A stretch of DNA of 64,000 nucleotides, taken from Vicugna vicugna (taxonomy: Eukaryota). This document shows positions 27,700 to 41,763 of the stretch, one piece after another. Where the stretch lies: positions 3,287,050 to 3,351,049 of the forward strand of contig MU058781.1 of the NCBI GenBank assembly GCA_013265495.1. The letters are read 5' to 3'. The position numbers and the translations under genes were made by a program. The notes beneath the pieces are model-generated. The model ran no database searches and was not told the DNA's origin. It was given only the letters and a program-made list of their open reading frames with translations. Position 1 is the stretch's first letter. Each line of letters opens with the position of its first letter.

Positions 27700-29280
27700 G
27701 TATCTGCGCCAAATACTGCCACTGTCCCTAAAAAAGGCAACGGTGAGGACAGACATGGCCCCTGCCTCTCAAAGGTTACGGCCTTGAGGGAAAAAACAGG
27801 TAATTAAGCCAGTGGTTACAATAAAGTATAAGTGGAATGATAGGAGATACACAGGGGCTCCAAGAACTCAGAGGAGACAAACCCAGCTGAGTTTCAGGTT
27901 ACCAGGAACGGCTTCCTAGAGAAATGGATGTTTAGCCAAGGAGTTAGGCAGTGAACGCGAGGGAGTCCTCTCTCCCAGTGGAAAGAACTGAGTGTAAGAG
28001 CTTGGAGAGGAGGAGGGCCTGGCGCTCTCCAGCTTGGAAAGAGGTGGCAGTTTGAAGAGGATTGTTGCGGGGGAGCGCGGAGTAGGGAGAGATGCGGATG
28101 AAGAGGTGGGCACGGGTCTGCTCAGAAAGGTTCTTACGAGAATCTTGTGGCGTCTGGACTTTCTCCTCATGCATCATCCTAATGCAGCTCTCAGAGGACT
28201 TGCCTGTTTGAAAGATCACTTTCTATAGTAAGGGGAAAGTTCGGAGTGGTACCAAATGCTGTTTTGAAGTTACTACAACTACTTCCCTGTATTGATGTCT
28301 GTAATGAGAGAAGATTTACTTGTGAGAGGATTCAGAAGACACCTCTTTGCTGTCCCATCATGCGGAATAGAAAGTGCCCCCACTGATTCTGGTAGCAAGG
28401 AAACGGGCTAGCAGGTGGTTGATTATACTGTTGGACACAATGAAGAGAACCTAGACTAAATGAGTGGCATTAGGAACTGAAGACTATAAGCAGTTGCAAG
28501 AGATATTTAGGAAGCAGAATGAGCAAGACTTGATTACAGATTGGATGTGGAGGATGAGGGGAGAATAAAGAAGCACACTCTGGTTTCTTGCTGAACCGTG
28601 ACATGCAGTGGGGTGAGTGGAGATCCCACTCACTACCTCAGGGATGTGGGGGAAATGAGCATTTATTTGGGGGCCTGCTGGCTTTTGTGTGCTTCTGAGA
28701 TAACCGAGATTGAGAGAGACTGAATATAGAGGACGGGGATCGGAAGAGATTTCTGGCTCGAAATGCAGATCTGCAGGTCACAGGACCTGGATATTTGCAG
28801 AAGCCATGGGGTGAAAACTCCGAAAGGAGAATGTGACACAGGAAGCAAAGACAGGGCTGTGGCGGCCCCCTGATGGCCCCCTGGCCTGTAACTTAGGGGC
28901 ACAGGCAGTGGAATCTCCAGAGAGGGCAGGCAAGGCCCACTGGAGAGTTCGGGGAACACCAGCGGGGCCATTGGTGTCCCCTAACAAGAGTAGGAGAGAC
29001 TTCAGGGAAGGAGGAGGGTCTACCCTGCCAGGTCCTGACGAGACGGTCAGGACTGAGAAGTGTCTGGTATGTTCAGTGACAGCTCACCACTGGGTGTCCT
29101 TGGGGAGAGCAGGTTCAGGGAAGCCGTGTGGCTGGGATTGTAGAAACCATATGGTTAAGGTGTGAATGAGAGGCAAGGAAGCAAGACGTCTTTTGGGGAG
29201 TCTGGCTGGGAGAGAGGAGGAGAAAAATATAGTAATCGCCAAAAGGGGATATGAGCTTGATGGAGATGTTTTTGGTTTAA
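27700..29280 (-). mobile_element. Degraded L2
   Basis: agacatggcccctgcctctcaaag; gattggatgtggaggatgagggagag; gactgagaagtgtc. Confidence 0.65.
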
Positions 29281-29569
29281 GATTGGTTGGATTGTGTCAA
29301 GATGCAAAATTTGCCTTAACACGGCTTTGACATTTCAAAGGAAGTAGAAACATCAGCACAGTGACTGTGAAGCCAAATAAATATATCTCCGCACATTTTC
29401 CAGTAATGACAATTCTCATGAGTAGGGGAAACAAGCATGCCATTAAGGTGCTAGCTAGCATCTGATTTAATAAGAAATCATTAAGTTGTGTAGCTTTCAG
29501 CACCTAGCTGGGTCACAGTTTTCTTTGTACAATTGAAACATTCAACTTAAAAAAGAAAATCTGAGCATG

Positions 29570-29802
29570 CACTATGGAGAGTGGTATGGAGATCACTTAG
29601 AAATTAAAAATACAGTTACCATATGATCTAGCAGTCTGATTCCTGAGCATATATCTGGAAAAGATGAAAACTCTAATTTGAGAAGGTACATGCACCCCAA
29701 TATTCATAGCGACACTATTTACAATAAATAGCCAAGGCATGGAAGCAACCTAAGTGTCCATCAGTGGATGAGTAGATACATGCATAAAGATGTAGGGTGT
29801 AT

Positions 29803-29839
<37 letters not shown>

Positions 29840-30320
29840 AATATTACTCAGCCATAAAAAAGACTGAAATAATGCCATTTGCAGGACATGGATGGACCTA
29901 GAGATTATTATAGTAAGTGAAGTCAGTCAGAGGAAGACAAATATCATGTATCACTTATATGTGGAATCCAAAGAAATGATACAAATGGACTTATTTACAA
30001 AACAGACTCACAGACCTAGAAAACAAGCTAATGGTTAACAAAGGGGAAAGGAGGGGAGGGATAAATTAGGAGTTTGGGATTAATAGATACACAGTACTGT
30101 ATATAAAATAAACAACAAGGACTTACTGTATAGCACAGGGGACTGTATTCAGTATCTTACAATAACCTAGTCTGGAAAAGAATCTGAAAAAGTATATAAT
30201 ATAAAACTGAATCACTTTGCTGTACACTTGAAACTAACACAACATTGTAAATCAACTACACTTCAATTTAAAAAAATACCAAAAAAACCTCCCAAAACCC
30301 ACCCCAAAAACAAAAAAAAA
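29570..30320 (+). mobile_element. 5'-truncated L1 3' end with A-rich tail
   Basis: cactatggagagtggtatggag ... catgcaccccaatattcatagc ... tcaactacacttcaattt plus A-rich tail; partial TSD ctgagc(a/g)tg on both flanks. Confidence 0.93.
29805..29837. repeat. (AC)n microsatellite inside L1
   Basis: About 16 AC units. Confidence 0.95.
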
Positions 30321-30842
30321 GGCTGAGCGTGGACAGGCACAGAATCTTCTTGCCTGCATATCCATCCTGACCCACAAAGGGAACACCTAGGAGCTAGGCG
30401 GCAAAGTGGACTTAATGGCTCTGTTTTTAAAGAACATCTCTAGTAGGTACAGGGTGAAGGCTGTGGAAATCAGCACCCCCCTGGAGCGGGGGTTGTAAAC
30501 ATGTCAGTGTTTCCTCTCAGAGTGAATTTTATCCATCACGCTTTGCTTACATGTCAAGACTGTAGAGTCCTTCATGACAGTAGTCCTGCCTTTGCCCCTT
30601 TGTCCCCCCTCATTGAGTAGACCGCCTGATGCAGTGGGTACCCACAAGCGGTGGCCAGGGAACTATATTGTCGTAGATCTAAAAAGGAAAAGGTGAGGAC
30701 AGTGATTGACTCATATGACAAAGTCTCAGCCTTGGAAAAACTTGGCATCATTCCTGATTGCTTTTCAGATCCCCAGAGTTGTACACAAGTCTAATTACAA
30801 GACTGTGTGTGTGTTGGATCTCTGGTTATTTGGGCTGCACTG

Positions 30843-31319
30843 TTGCTTGGGTTATCTGTTGCTGTGTAACAAAACACCCCAAAACCTAGTGGCTTAAAAC
30901 AACAGACTCAGTTGTATTAAGTCCTGTGACCTGAGGATTGACTGGACTCGGCTGGGTGGTTCTTCATCTGGTCTCCCTTGGGGATCTCTCTTGTGTTTGC
31001 AGACAAATGGGACTGGAGGCTCACCAGGACCTGGGGGGAGCCCGGCCTCTCTCCTCCTCCTGTAACCTCAGTGCCATTCCATGTGGGGTCTTCCCATGGT
31101 CTCTCCTGCGGGAGAACTCAGGCCCCCAGGAATGCAGAAGTAGAAGCTGCCAGGCCTGTTAAGACTTGAGTCCAGAACTGGCCCAGTATCACATTTGCAG
31201 TGCTCTGTTAAGATGAGTTGCTTGACCAGCCCAGACTAATCATGGAGCGAAACAGACACGGGTGTGAACGCCAGGAGCATGGCTCATTGGGTGCCATTTT
31301 TGGAAGCCAGCAACCACCA
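30843..31319 (-). mobile_element. MLT1F/H-like MaLR solo LTR
   Basis: ttgctgtgtaacaaaacaccccaaaacctagtggcttaaaacaac ... gccatttttggaagccagcaaccacca. Confidence 0.8.
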
Positions 31320-33862
31320 TTGGCAAGGTGTAAGAAAAGTTCAAGTGCTACATATTCCCTTCTATCCAGGTAGAATGTGCTTTAACAGTTTTATATCTAC
31401 GACAGCAGCAGTTGCTGTGAACTCTTAGGTTCCCTCTGAATGTGAAATACGTAAGACCCTTTCCATGCCTTACTACTTTACTCTCCCACCAGACCTGCAT
31501 GGTGTAATTAATCCCATCTGGCAGGCGAAGAAACTGAGGCTTAGAGCAACTAAATACCTTCCAGTTAGAAACGGCAGAGCTGGAATTTGAACTTAGCCTT
31601 GGAGTCTTACCACCTGTATTGCATTTCTGACCCACAGATATGGGAACTCATAATTCAGATGCTTTAAAACACATCATTCATCCGCACTGAATAGCGATGT
31701 TACAGAATACTTCCCTTGTCCGACGTCTCTCTAGAAAGCCAAAATGTCAAGGGAGAGAATCTCATCTATAAAAACTGACACTGGACGTCATACTATCTTT
31801 CTTGACTGTCCTTAGAGGCAGAGGTTAACTTCTTACTCATCTTTGTATCTAGTTCAACGCCATGTACATGGCAAATGCTTTGTTTGTTGAAATGGCTAAT
31901 TAATAAATTGATACTGGCTGCAGACAAAAACCCTCCAAAACCATTGCATTCATGTTTGCAACAAAACGCCATGTCTTTTTGCTATTTGGGGCATAGCAAC
32001 AAAACATACCTGGGGTGGTTACAGAGACAGTGATCACACAGGCCTCTGGGGTGGGTGCTAGATTTAGGGTGAGACATTTGAAAAACTGATTCTGAAAGGA
32101 CGCAAACCTTGTGGCGTTTGTCATAAGGCTTCTGCTTGGCTGCTGACTTCCAAGGTAACTGGGAGTTCCACGCAGGGAGGTGGTGTGGACCGGCTAACGG
32201 TGAGGACGGCCCCTGCAGCCTGACTGCCATGTTTTCTCAGGCAGGTAACCTGTACCCTCTGAGCTCAGTTCCCTCGGCTAAAATAGGAATTAAACTGCCA
32301 CTTCATAGAGCTGTGAGGATTGAAAAAGAAGTTAATCGTGGAGGCTTTTAGAATAACATCTTACACATAAGTTTTATGGAGGTTTTATCTACCATTATTT
32401 CTTTTTCAAGGAAGGCATTAAAAAGCAAACATCCAAGAGTAACAAAAGACTTCTCATTTCTTAGTTTCAGTTTTTGGATGGTGTGTGTATCAAATGACAA
32501 TTGTGATGAGCTTCTCTTAGATTTAGGAAATGTTTATTTAGGTCCTCAGTGTAAGTTTGTTTTTAGACACATCATACAATTCCACAGAGCTAGAGTCTTC
32601 CCCGTGTTTTCCTAGGTACCAGCAAGTTAGCTCACCAAAGTATTTCCTCTTCTCTGTGAATTTACAATTAAGTCAGCGAACACAATGGTTCCTGAGGAAG
32701 TGCTCCATCCTGTTTCTCCTTTGCTACATCATAGGCAAAAATACTCATGTAAGAGGTGTTCTTGGGGGAGAAGAAACAATGAGGGTGTCGTCTCCTTCTG
32801 AAAATCAGATCTCTGTGGCAAGTCAGAACGCTCAAATATAGAGAAAGACGGCAGCAGGATGATCATGCACTTTATTTTCCAAACCTGGACATCTTTCACG
32901 GGAAAATGAGATGTCATTACTGCCGTGGCCAGGACAATAAGTATGAAATTCATCTGCCCTGGGCAAGGCGGGGCGTATGGGCACCCATGCAAAACGGCCT
33001 GCAGTAAACTGCAGACCCTGAGGCCAGTCCCATTGTGCAAACAGAATAGAAGTGTCGGTTAACTTGCAAGAGTAAGTAGAAGGGGCCGCTGGGGCTAAGA
33101 GCATCAGAATGGCCCTCAACTGTCTGTCATTCCAGTTGAATTCATTAATGATAGTCGAGACCCTAAGCATCTTTACAGAATTAAATTTCTTTGTTCCCAT
33201 CCCCCAGACTATGTTTGTCTCCGCTTGCACGTCAGCTGAATGTCTTGATTGGAAATTCTGTCCCAGAGCCAATTTATTCCTCTGATAATTTACTCCGTCT
33301 TCCCTCGACACCTCTCCCCGCAGTTCCTGACGCTTCCTGTCATCAGCTCCCACGCTGGCAGGCAGGGTGCCTTTCCCCACTGGGAGGCCCCCCAGGAGGG
33401 CACCCCTCCACCAGGTCTGAAAGCAGGCCCCGCTCTCCCTGAGCTCGCCACATTCTTCTTTCTTTATTCCTCTTCTTCACTCTATTCCCTTCTCACTCTT
33501 TGCCTCCCCTTTCCTTCTGGGGGTGCTCCTTTGTCCCATCTGAAGCACTGACGTCTCCTAAGTTCATTACATTCCCGGACACTCGCAGGCACCATCCGCA
33601 TGGCAGTATTGGACTTGGATCTCTGTGGGCAGGTCCAGGCTCTACCCCTCGGCCGGACCTTCCCACTCTCACCCTAAATAAACATGTGGGTACCAAATTC
33701 CTCATTTCTGCCCTGATAGCCTTCCAGTCCAGGAGCACCTTGACTCTGTGAAATGCATCATCATTCACTTTGCGGACACCCTTGAATCAGGCCTCTATTT
33801 TATGTCCATATCCAGTCTAATTTCAGAGTGCACTCTCCTCTCTCCGCTGTCTCTTTCACACG

Positions 33863-34335
33863 CAGGCGTGCCTTGTTTCATTATGCTCCACTTTATTATT
33901 GCGCTTTGAAGAGATTGCGTTTTTTTCAGATTGAAGATTTGTGGCCACCCAGCCTCAAGCAAGTCTGTCAGCGCCGTTTTTCAGACAGCATTTGCTCACT
34001 TCATGCCTCAGTGTTGCATGATGGTAATTTGTGCAATATTTCAAAATTTCATTATTTGTCATGGTGATCAGTGATCTTTGATGTTATTGTTAACAACTCA
34101 CTGGAGGCTCAGATGATGGTTAGTATTTTTTTTTTAGCAATAAAGTATTTTTAAATTAAGGTATGTACGTTGTTTTCTAGACATAATGCCATTATGCACT
34201 TTATAGACCACAGTATAGTGTGAACATAACTTTTCTATGCACCAGGAAACCAAAAAATTCGTGTGGCTTTATTGCGATACTCGCTTTATTGCGATGGTCT
34301 AGAAGTGAACCTACAATGTCTTTGAAGTCTGCCTG
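33863..34335 (+). mobile_element. Internally deleted Tigger1-type (TcMar) DNA transposon
   Basis: Termini caggc...gcctg followed by TA; Tigger1 end motifs tcaagcaagtctgtcagcgccgtttt and ctttattgcgatactcgctttattgcg. Confidence 0.85.
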
Positions 34336-36630
34336 TAGATGTTTATCTGGATCTTCTGTGTTTCCCCAGAATTCTTTGACCTTTTCCCTCGGACTTCTAG
34401 TGACTGTGAGCATCATAATAACATACTAGCTCTAGTAATAAGAGGTAACAGAGTTACAGAGTTAGTCGAGTGCGCACAACACGGCAGATACTGAACTAGC
34501 TGCGATACAGTTCTCACTGCCTCAACAGTCCGAGGCAATTGCTCCTAATACCCATCTTACAGATGAGGGTCACGAGGTTTAGGGTCAGTGACTTCCCAGG
34601 GTCACTTGGCTGCTTATGATAAAGCCCTCACACCAAAGTCTTCCAGGCTTTGCTCGGAAATATCACTGTTACAAGTGACTTGAAAGCATAAAGAGTGAAA
34701 AGGTTAGAATGTATGTACATCTAGATAGACAGGTGTTAAACACACTTGAGTTCAGAAAGCCGATCTCATTAAGGGGACAAAATAATGTTGGAAATAAGAC
34801 TTGGCAATTCAGTGCTTAATGCTGGAATTCCTGAGACAGACAAAGACACCTACAGGAAGTGCATTAAGTTATCTTTGAAACAAATGATTTCCTTTGTGTG
34901 CTGGTTGGTTTGTGGTGGTGTGGGTTTCCTCATAAGGTTATAGGCGATAGAAGAATGACGTTAGGCAGTGAAGCAATTATTATTCAGGGCTTGTTTGACT
35001 GAAACACCGAATAACCTTAATAGGAAAATAGACCGTGAGTCTATTGTTTCTGAAGGTCACTTTTTAAGGTCTTCCTTATTCTTTTCTTTAGCTGGTGGGT
35101 GAGTTGGGATGGGGGCAATGTGTCAGTTTAAAATGTGTGAGCTATTCATGAAATCATGTAAATGAAAGAGAGCATTGTGTGTTGAGAACCTGCCTTGAGT
35201 GGCGGTCTGACCTGGGGAAGGAGGACTCGGGTGATAACCTCAAATGCCGCAGAGGACGTTCCTGTCTAGTCCCAGCGAGTTAGAATTCAGCGGAGCTCTG
35301 AGAGGTCTTTGTGGAAGAAGAAGTCAGAGAGGCATGCTGGTGATGTTCAGATGCAAATATAACTTTGGCACAGAAGAGTATTGTTAACATTTAGTCTATT
35401 TTTGTCTTCCAATTAACCAAGTGTGAGTTTCCAAAGAGAATGAATGTCTCCTCTGTGGCATAGCAACATCTTCGTGTCCTCGGGAAAGCTGCTCTGTTGC
35501 GTAGTGCTGGGGTTTGTATTCTAGGAGCCCTGAGAGGCTCTGAAATTATAGGAAGGTGTTTGCTACCACTGCACGTGGTTGTCAAAGGTGCCCATGGAAA
35601 GAGCCTTTAAGTGCTTCCCAGCCTCCAGCAAAGGGTTGTTTAAGGCAGTAGTTTGAGCATCATGCTGATTACACTTCCCAGATGTTTCTATGAAGATTAT
35701 ATGAAGCCACTATGAACTGGCATTTTACAACATCATTTTGCAATACTATGTTCCTATATTAAAAAAAAAAAGTTATACAATTTCTCCATTCTAGCACAAA
35801 ACTCTATTTCATGCATGGACAACTGGAAGGATTTATTACCAGAAAATTTGCCATTACAGCGAGGATAATTCTCGCCTGCTTCGTGAATGATTGAAACCTC
35901 ACTTGATCTATCTGGATCAGGTAGATATTTACAGAGATACTTATAATAAGGTACCTTCCCTGACGGCCACAGTCACGTCAGTTTCTGGTGAGACCACTAG
36001 GCTTTTGTGTGTTGAATACTAAACTATCTCTTTTAAAAAGTCAATAAAGGCATTATTAGAAACTGCATCCCCATGTAAGATTATTACTGTCATAATCTAG
36101 TATTTAGATTCTAAATAAGAAAGCTTGAGAGTTTTTTGAATAAAAAGAATTGATTCCATTAAAGTTTGAAAATAGAAAATTCACCCTCAATCCTACATGC
36201 TTACAAATGATCCCTTGCACATATTTGCTTCATTCATTCGTAATGACTTTGTATAGATGAAATCGAAGTATAATTTTACCTTGCTATCTTAATTTTTTAA
36301 CTTCATGTTATGTCATAGTAGAACTCTTGCTCAGAGCCTGCCAAGTCACCTTCCTAATGACTGTGAAGCATCCCCTTGGGTGTGTGCTGTCATAAACAAC
36401 CCTGCCCCAGACATCTGCCTGTGTAGTGCTTCTTTCTTTGTACTTTTTTCTTTAGGGTAGAGGATTGGTTCTGGGCCACGTTGGGTGTGAATATTTTTTT
36501 TGGCCCTTGCGTTCCAGAAAGATTATAATGTGATGTGGAGAGTAATGACTTTGCACTTAGCAGAGTTGGAATATAAGGATGTGTCGTGTTGTTAAGTTGT
36601 AATTGTGGTCAGTGAGAAATCAGGAGGGGC

Positions 36631-37257
36631 TGACGCAGGAAAAACGGATGTGGGGTGTGAGGAGGGCCGTGTCCCAGGCTTTGGTTGAGCTCCTGGGACG
36701 TGGCCGCCAAGTGTGGGTCCTTGGTTTTGTGCAGAAAAGAATTTAAGATGGAGCCACAGTTGAGTAAAGGTAGATTTATCCAGAGAGATACATTGAAGGG
36801 CGAGAGAAAGTCCATGAGGTGTGGGGGGTGGGTGCTCAGATTAAAAGTAGGTATACACTCCATAGAGTGTGGGCCATCTCCAAAGAGGGGGAGAGAGCGG
36901 AGAGAGGCTGCCATGTTGCCAGTTTTTATGGGCCCAATGGCTTCATATGCTAATACGTACTAATACGTGACCAGTCTAACTAGCCTGGGGAAGGGGCTGG
37001 GATCCCCAGGAAGTTGGCCATTTCCCACTCTTTGACCTTCTGTGGCTAGCCTTGGGACTGTCATGGTACCTGTGGGCATGTTATTCACCATGCTGATGTA
37101 TTACAATAAGCATAAAATGAAGCTCAAAGTCTACTAGAAGTTAAATCTCCCACCATCTTGAGCCTCAAGGCCTACTGGGGGTTGAATCTTTCACCATTTT
37201 GATGTTAATTGCTGCAGCATTTCTTGAATGGCTGCGCCCTGTCCCCTTCCTGTCTCG
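36631..37257 (-). mobile_element. ERV1-type solo LTR
   Basis: Starts TG, ends cctgtctc(g); minus-strand TATA-like cataaaaac near 36925; about 630 bp; TSD not clean. Confidence 0.75.
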
Positions 37258-37744
37258 GGGAGAGTAGGCGAGGATGTCTAGGGTATTTCATCACGGGATC
37301 ATCTGTCCAGAGTGGCCCTCAGGGAAGCCATTGTGATCTTTGACCTCTATTTGGACTAAGTTCTTCTATAGTTCATTTTAAACTCCTGGTGTGAGCGTGG
37401 CAGCCCACTTGTAACCTAACATTTCCCCCATCAGAATGGCTGAACTTCAGCAAGAACTGCAGTAAGAGCCAGCTGGAAGATCCCTAGATACAGTCATCAG
37501 TATAAACCAGCAGAAACCATGACGGACATATTATTTATGATACAGACTTGGAATCACAAGCAGCCAGGTGTTATTGGACCTTCAGTTTTGAGCAAGGCTA
37601 GCAAGTACCTGAGAGAGGAGGCTTAAAAGGGACCAGGACATAGGCCCCTTTTTGTCATATTAGGGATTCCAGACTTGATCCTATAGGCAGTGGGTCACTA
37701 TTAAAAGTTTTAAGCAGGGAAGTAGCAGAGTTCACTTTTTTGAT

Positions 37745-38900
37745 TTAAAACAAATTGGGCAAAGGGAATAACTAGCAGATCAAAGAAAAATGTAAATATT
37801 CCATAAATAAAAATATTTCACTCTTACTCATAATTAAAGAAACAAATTGAAATGAATGAGACATTGCCATTTTTCACTTACGATTTTGGCAGATAAAATA
37901 AATTGATAACTAACTGTGTCAGCGAGAGCAACAGTGGTGTGGGAAACACCCGCTCTCATACACTGTTGGAAGAATGAATCTATGTAAGTTTTTTAGCAGA
38001 TAGCTTGGCAAGAGTAGTCAAAATTTTAAATGCGTTTGCCCTTGACCTTGGCAATTCATCATCCTAACAAAGGATGGTGAGACAAAGAAGATTCCAGATA
38101 TAGGAAAAGAAGATGCAAAGTTACAGACTGAGGGAGGGGCATGCCCAGAAGGAGTTGTATGTCTCCAGGGATTTAACCTACATTTTGCTTGGAGTAAGAT
38201 GGGTGTGCAAGGTTGTTCCTTACAGATTATTTATAAATATCAGAAAACTGGAAACAAGACAAATGCCACCAGTGGAGGACTGATTATATAAATCATGGTT
38301 TTTCTACATAATGTAGTGCCAGTGAGCCACAAAAAATGTGTGTTGTAAGGTAGGTGTCTATCTTCAGATATTGGAGAGAACCTTAAAATGTACAGTTAAG
38401 TGAAACAAGCCAGGTGAGGTGCAGAACAGTAGGTGTATTATGATTTTACTTATGATTTTTTTTTACTTCTGCATTTCATCTTTTTAATTTTGTTTTTAAA
38501 TAAAAATTGTATTTAAGGTGTACAATCTGATTTGACACACATGTAATGAACTGATTACTTCCATCAAGGGAATTAACACATCATCTCCTCACATGGTTGC
38601 CATTTGTGTGTGTGTGTGTGTGTGATGACTGCCTAAAATTTGCTCTCCTAGCAAATTTCCAGTATCCAACACAGTATTATTAATTGAGGGATAGGTTATA
38701 CATAGACATGTTGGTTTCTGAAGAGTTTTTTTCTGCAAAAATATGGAAGAAACATTTAAGACTGGAGTGGTCTTTAGGAAACAGAACTGGTTATTGCAAT
38801 TAGACAAAGGAGAAGGGCTCGGCATTTCATCATATTGCTTCCTTTGCATTTGAATGCTTGCTATAGGTATGTATTACTTTTATACAAAATAATTACAAAA
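37745..38900 (+). mobile_element. Old L1M fragment with a nested antisense L1MA-type 3' end (~38490-38690) carrying a short (TG)n
   Basis: aaattgggcaaagg, ctctcatacactgttgg, aaactggaaacaa; nested gtatttaaggtgtacaat ... ctagcaaatttccagtat. Confidence 0.7.
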
Positions 38901-39009
38901 GAAAAATTCTCACTGAATTATAACCAAACATCAACTTTAGCTGATTTAATCTTAGTTCATCAACACATATATTACTTATCTGCCATTCACTCTTCTAAGC
39001 TTTTTACAT

Positions 39010-39135
39010 TTATTAACTCATGTTAATAATCACAGACCCATGTAAGACCAGAAGTATCTTTATTCCCATTTAGCAGATGAGAGAACAGAGACACACAGAG
39101 AGGGTAAGCAACTTGCCCCAGGGTCACACAGCTCT
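39010..39135 (-). mobile_element. MIR SINE fragment
   Basis: cccatttagcagatgagagaacagag ... aagcaacttgccccagggtcacacagct. Confidence 0.75.
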
Positions 39136-41400
39136 TAAAAAAAAGAGACTGGAAGCTGTTTCCTAGAGTAAATTCTTGGGAATGATCCATATACTATTAC
39201 TTGTTACCAATTTGAAGTTCTTTTTGTTCAGTCACTAAACAGTTTTATTCAGTAAGAAGGCAGAAGTGTTTCTGGCCTCGGTTCCAACAGGTGCCTCTTT
39301 TTCAGATTCAGAATTTGTTTAGCCTTCATCTGTCCACAATGAGGCCATTATATAAGGAGGGAAGTCCTTCCTTCCTCTTTATCAGCCTTAGTTTTGCTTT
39401 CTGAAAGGGACATGCACAGAGTTACTCCTTCTAGGCATGCTGTGGGTCCCCATCAGCGGGTTGGCTAGGACACTTTCACATCTGTCTTCTGTCATCCCGA
39501 GCTGCGGGATCCCAGGCTGGGCCTCCTGACTGCCCCGTAGCAGAAAGCTTTATAGTTCAAGATCATATGCCAAGGGGTCTTTCTGCTCTCTGAATCCCTG
39601 TATCAAGCTTGGAAAACCAGATACTGTAAATTAAGCTAGATCCAAAGCCAGGGTGATTAGATGACTACAACTAAGACTTTCACTCTTTTCATGTTATGTT
39701 GTGGAAACCACAATTGTATCTGATCAGATATACCATCTTAGCAATGGAATATTCAAAAATGCAAGAGAACATCTTTCTTTTTCTGACTGTCTGATGCCAC
39801 TTAATGGCCCCTGGTGCCCTGTTGTTTAGCTGAAATTTCTTCTGCAAATTCCATTGTTCAACACACAGATCTCCAAAGATCTCCTAAATGCAAGGCACAG
39901 AAAATTGAAAGCTAAATAAGACAAAATCTGCCCACACTGAACACACCCTTAAGGGAATAAACAGAACTGGCAACCAGTAATTCCAAGGCTGCGAGATTAG
40001 TGATCGTGGGATATATACAAGGTGTCTGGAAGCACAAAGAAGTAATTTCTTGATTGTCTTAATTTAGTTGCAGTTGAGAATTACTGCACAGGGAAATGAC
40101 CGGAAGCCCCCATTGGGAAATACTGGTGCCTTGGGATAGTTCAGCCCTTCACCTGTGCATGCGTGCAACACACACTTACGTAGCACCTAGAAATGAAAGC
40201 ATGGTACCTAAGATAATATGACAGAGTTACTGTCTGTTGGGGTGTTGAGCCTTCTAGCGGCTCAACATTTGATCTCCTATTTGTTTTGTGAGCATTCGTT
40301 TTATACTTACTAAGTGTTAAGCACTGAGCTAGGCCCTTGGACAGAAAGATGACAAAATGCAGTTCCCACCCTCAGAGATGAGCGTGGCCCCAGCAGTGCA
40401 GGAGTGGAGGCTGCAGCAGAACACTGGAGAGAAGAGCAGACAGATGGAGGCTCCTCAAGGACTTTGGAACTGGTGTTGAAGTTCTGTGAGAGAAGACTCA
40501 TTCCAGATACAGGAAGAAATGCTGCAAAGTTGCAGAGAGACAGGCCCAAAAGGAATTATAAAGGAAACCTCAGTGTCCTAAGAGCAGATTAGTCAGAGGG
40601 CTATGCGCGGTCAGGGGACAGTGCTGGTACCTCCAACTCCCACAGAGGTGTTTGTGAACAACAGATGAAAGTCAGTGAATGCTTAATACGCCAGCTACTG
40701 TTGCTAAATGTGGTTGATGGTTTTCTTGTTCAGTTCTCGCTGTAACCCCACAAGGTATTATTATCCTCGTTTTGCATTTGTGGAAACTGAAATGCAGGGA
40801 AGTTCCGCAATGCGCTGATGTCAAGTCTCAGTGCCTAGGGGCGCCACATCGACCTTGTTCTTTGACCGCCAGAACCTGCAAGCTTAGCCACAGCCCTTAA
40901 ATAGTGGCTAGTCTTTGGACATACGGAATCAGGGGAGAGGGTATTCCAAACAGAGCAAATGCGATAAACAGAGGCACAGAAGTGGGCAATCACAAATGGG
41001 TTTTAGGAGTTTGACTTAGTTGGAACATGGGTTAATAGGCAGGTGCTGGGAGAAAAGTTAGTATTAGATCGTGGGAAGCAGTGAAGGCCACAAAGCTGAG
41101 CTTTATCCCCTCGCAGACTTTTGAGCAAGGAGGTGACATAATCACAGCTGGCCCTTGGGTGACTCACTGGCAGTGACAGATACAACCGACTGGGACAGTG
41201 AGATCCTGGCAGGGGAAGGCCGGTTAGTAACAGTCTAGGCCAGAGATCACTGGAGCCCGCGTGGAGGGATGGCATCGGGGATGAAAAGGAGGAGAGAGAT
41301 TTGAGAGACACCGAGGAGGCAGAAGTGACAGGACTTGGGAGAAGAGATGTGGGGAAGAGGGAGAAGGAGAAATCAAAGATAGCTCTGAGCTTGTGACCCC

Positions 41401-41763
41401 GTATCAGCTGGGTTGGTTCCTTCTGAGGGCTGTGAAAGAGGATCTGTCCCATGTCTGTCTCCTAGGTGCTGGTGGTTTGCTGACAACCTTGCTCATTCCT
41501 TGGCTTGTAGATACAGCCTCCTGATCTCTGCCTTCGTCTTCACGTATTCTCCCTATACGTGTGTCTGTGTCCAAAATTCCCCTTTTTGTAAGGACACCGG
41601 TTATATTGGATTAGAGGTCCAAACTACCACCCACGTGACTTCATCCTAATTGAACTAATTACATCTTTAATGGACTTATTTCCAAATAAGGTCACATTCT
41701 GACATAGTGAGTAGGACTTCAACATGTGAATTTGGGGAGGACGCAATTCAACCCATAACAACA
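41401..41763 (-). mobile_element. MLT1B-like MaLR LTR (partial), abutting an L2 fragment (~40930-41400)
   Basis: ggttggttccttctgagggctgtga ... tttccaaataaggtcacattctga ... aattcaacccataaca. Confidence 0.85.

Noticed and set aside
32832..33380. 182-aa minus-strand ORF
   Set aside because: No recognisable homology or gene structure; a length like this is plausible by chance.
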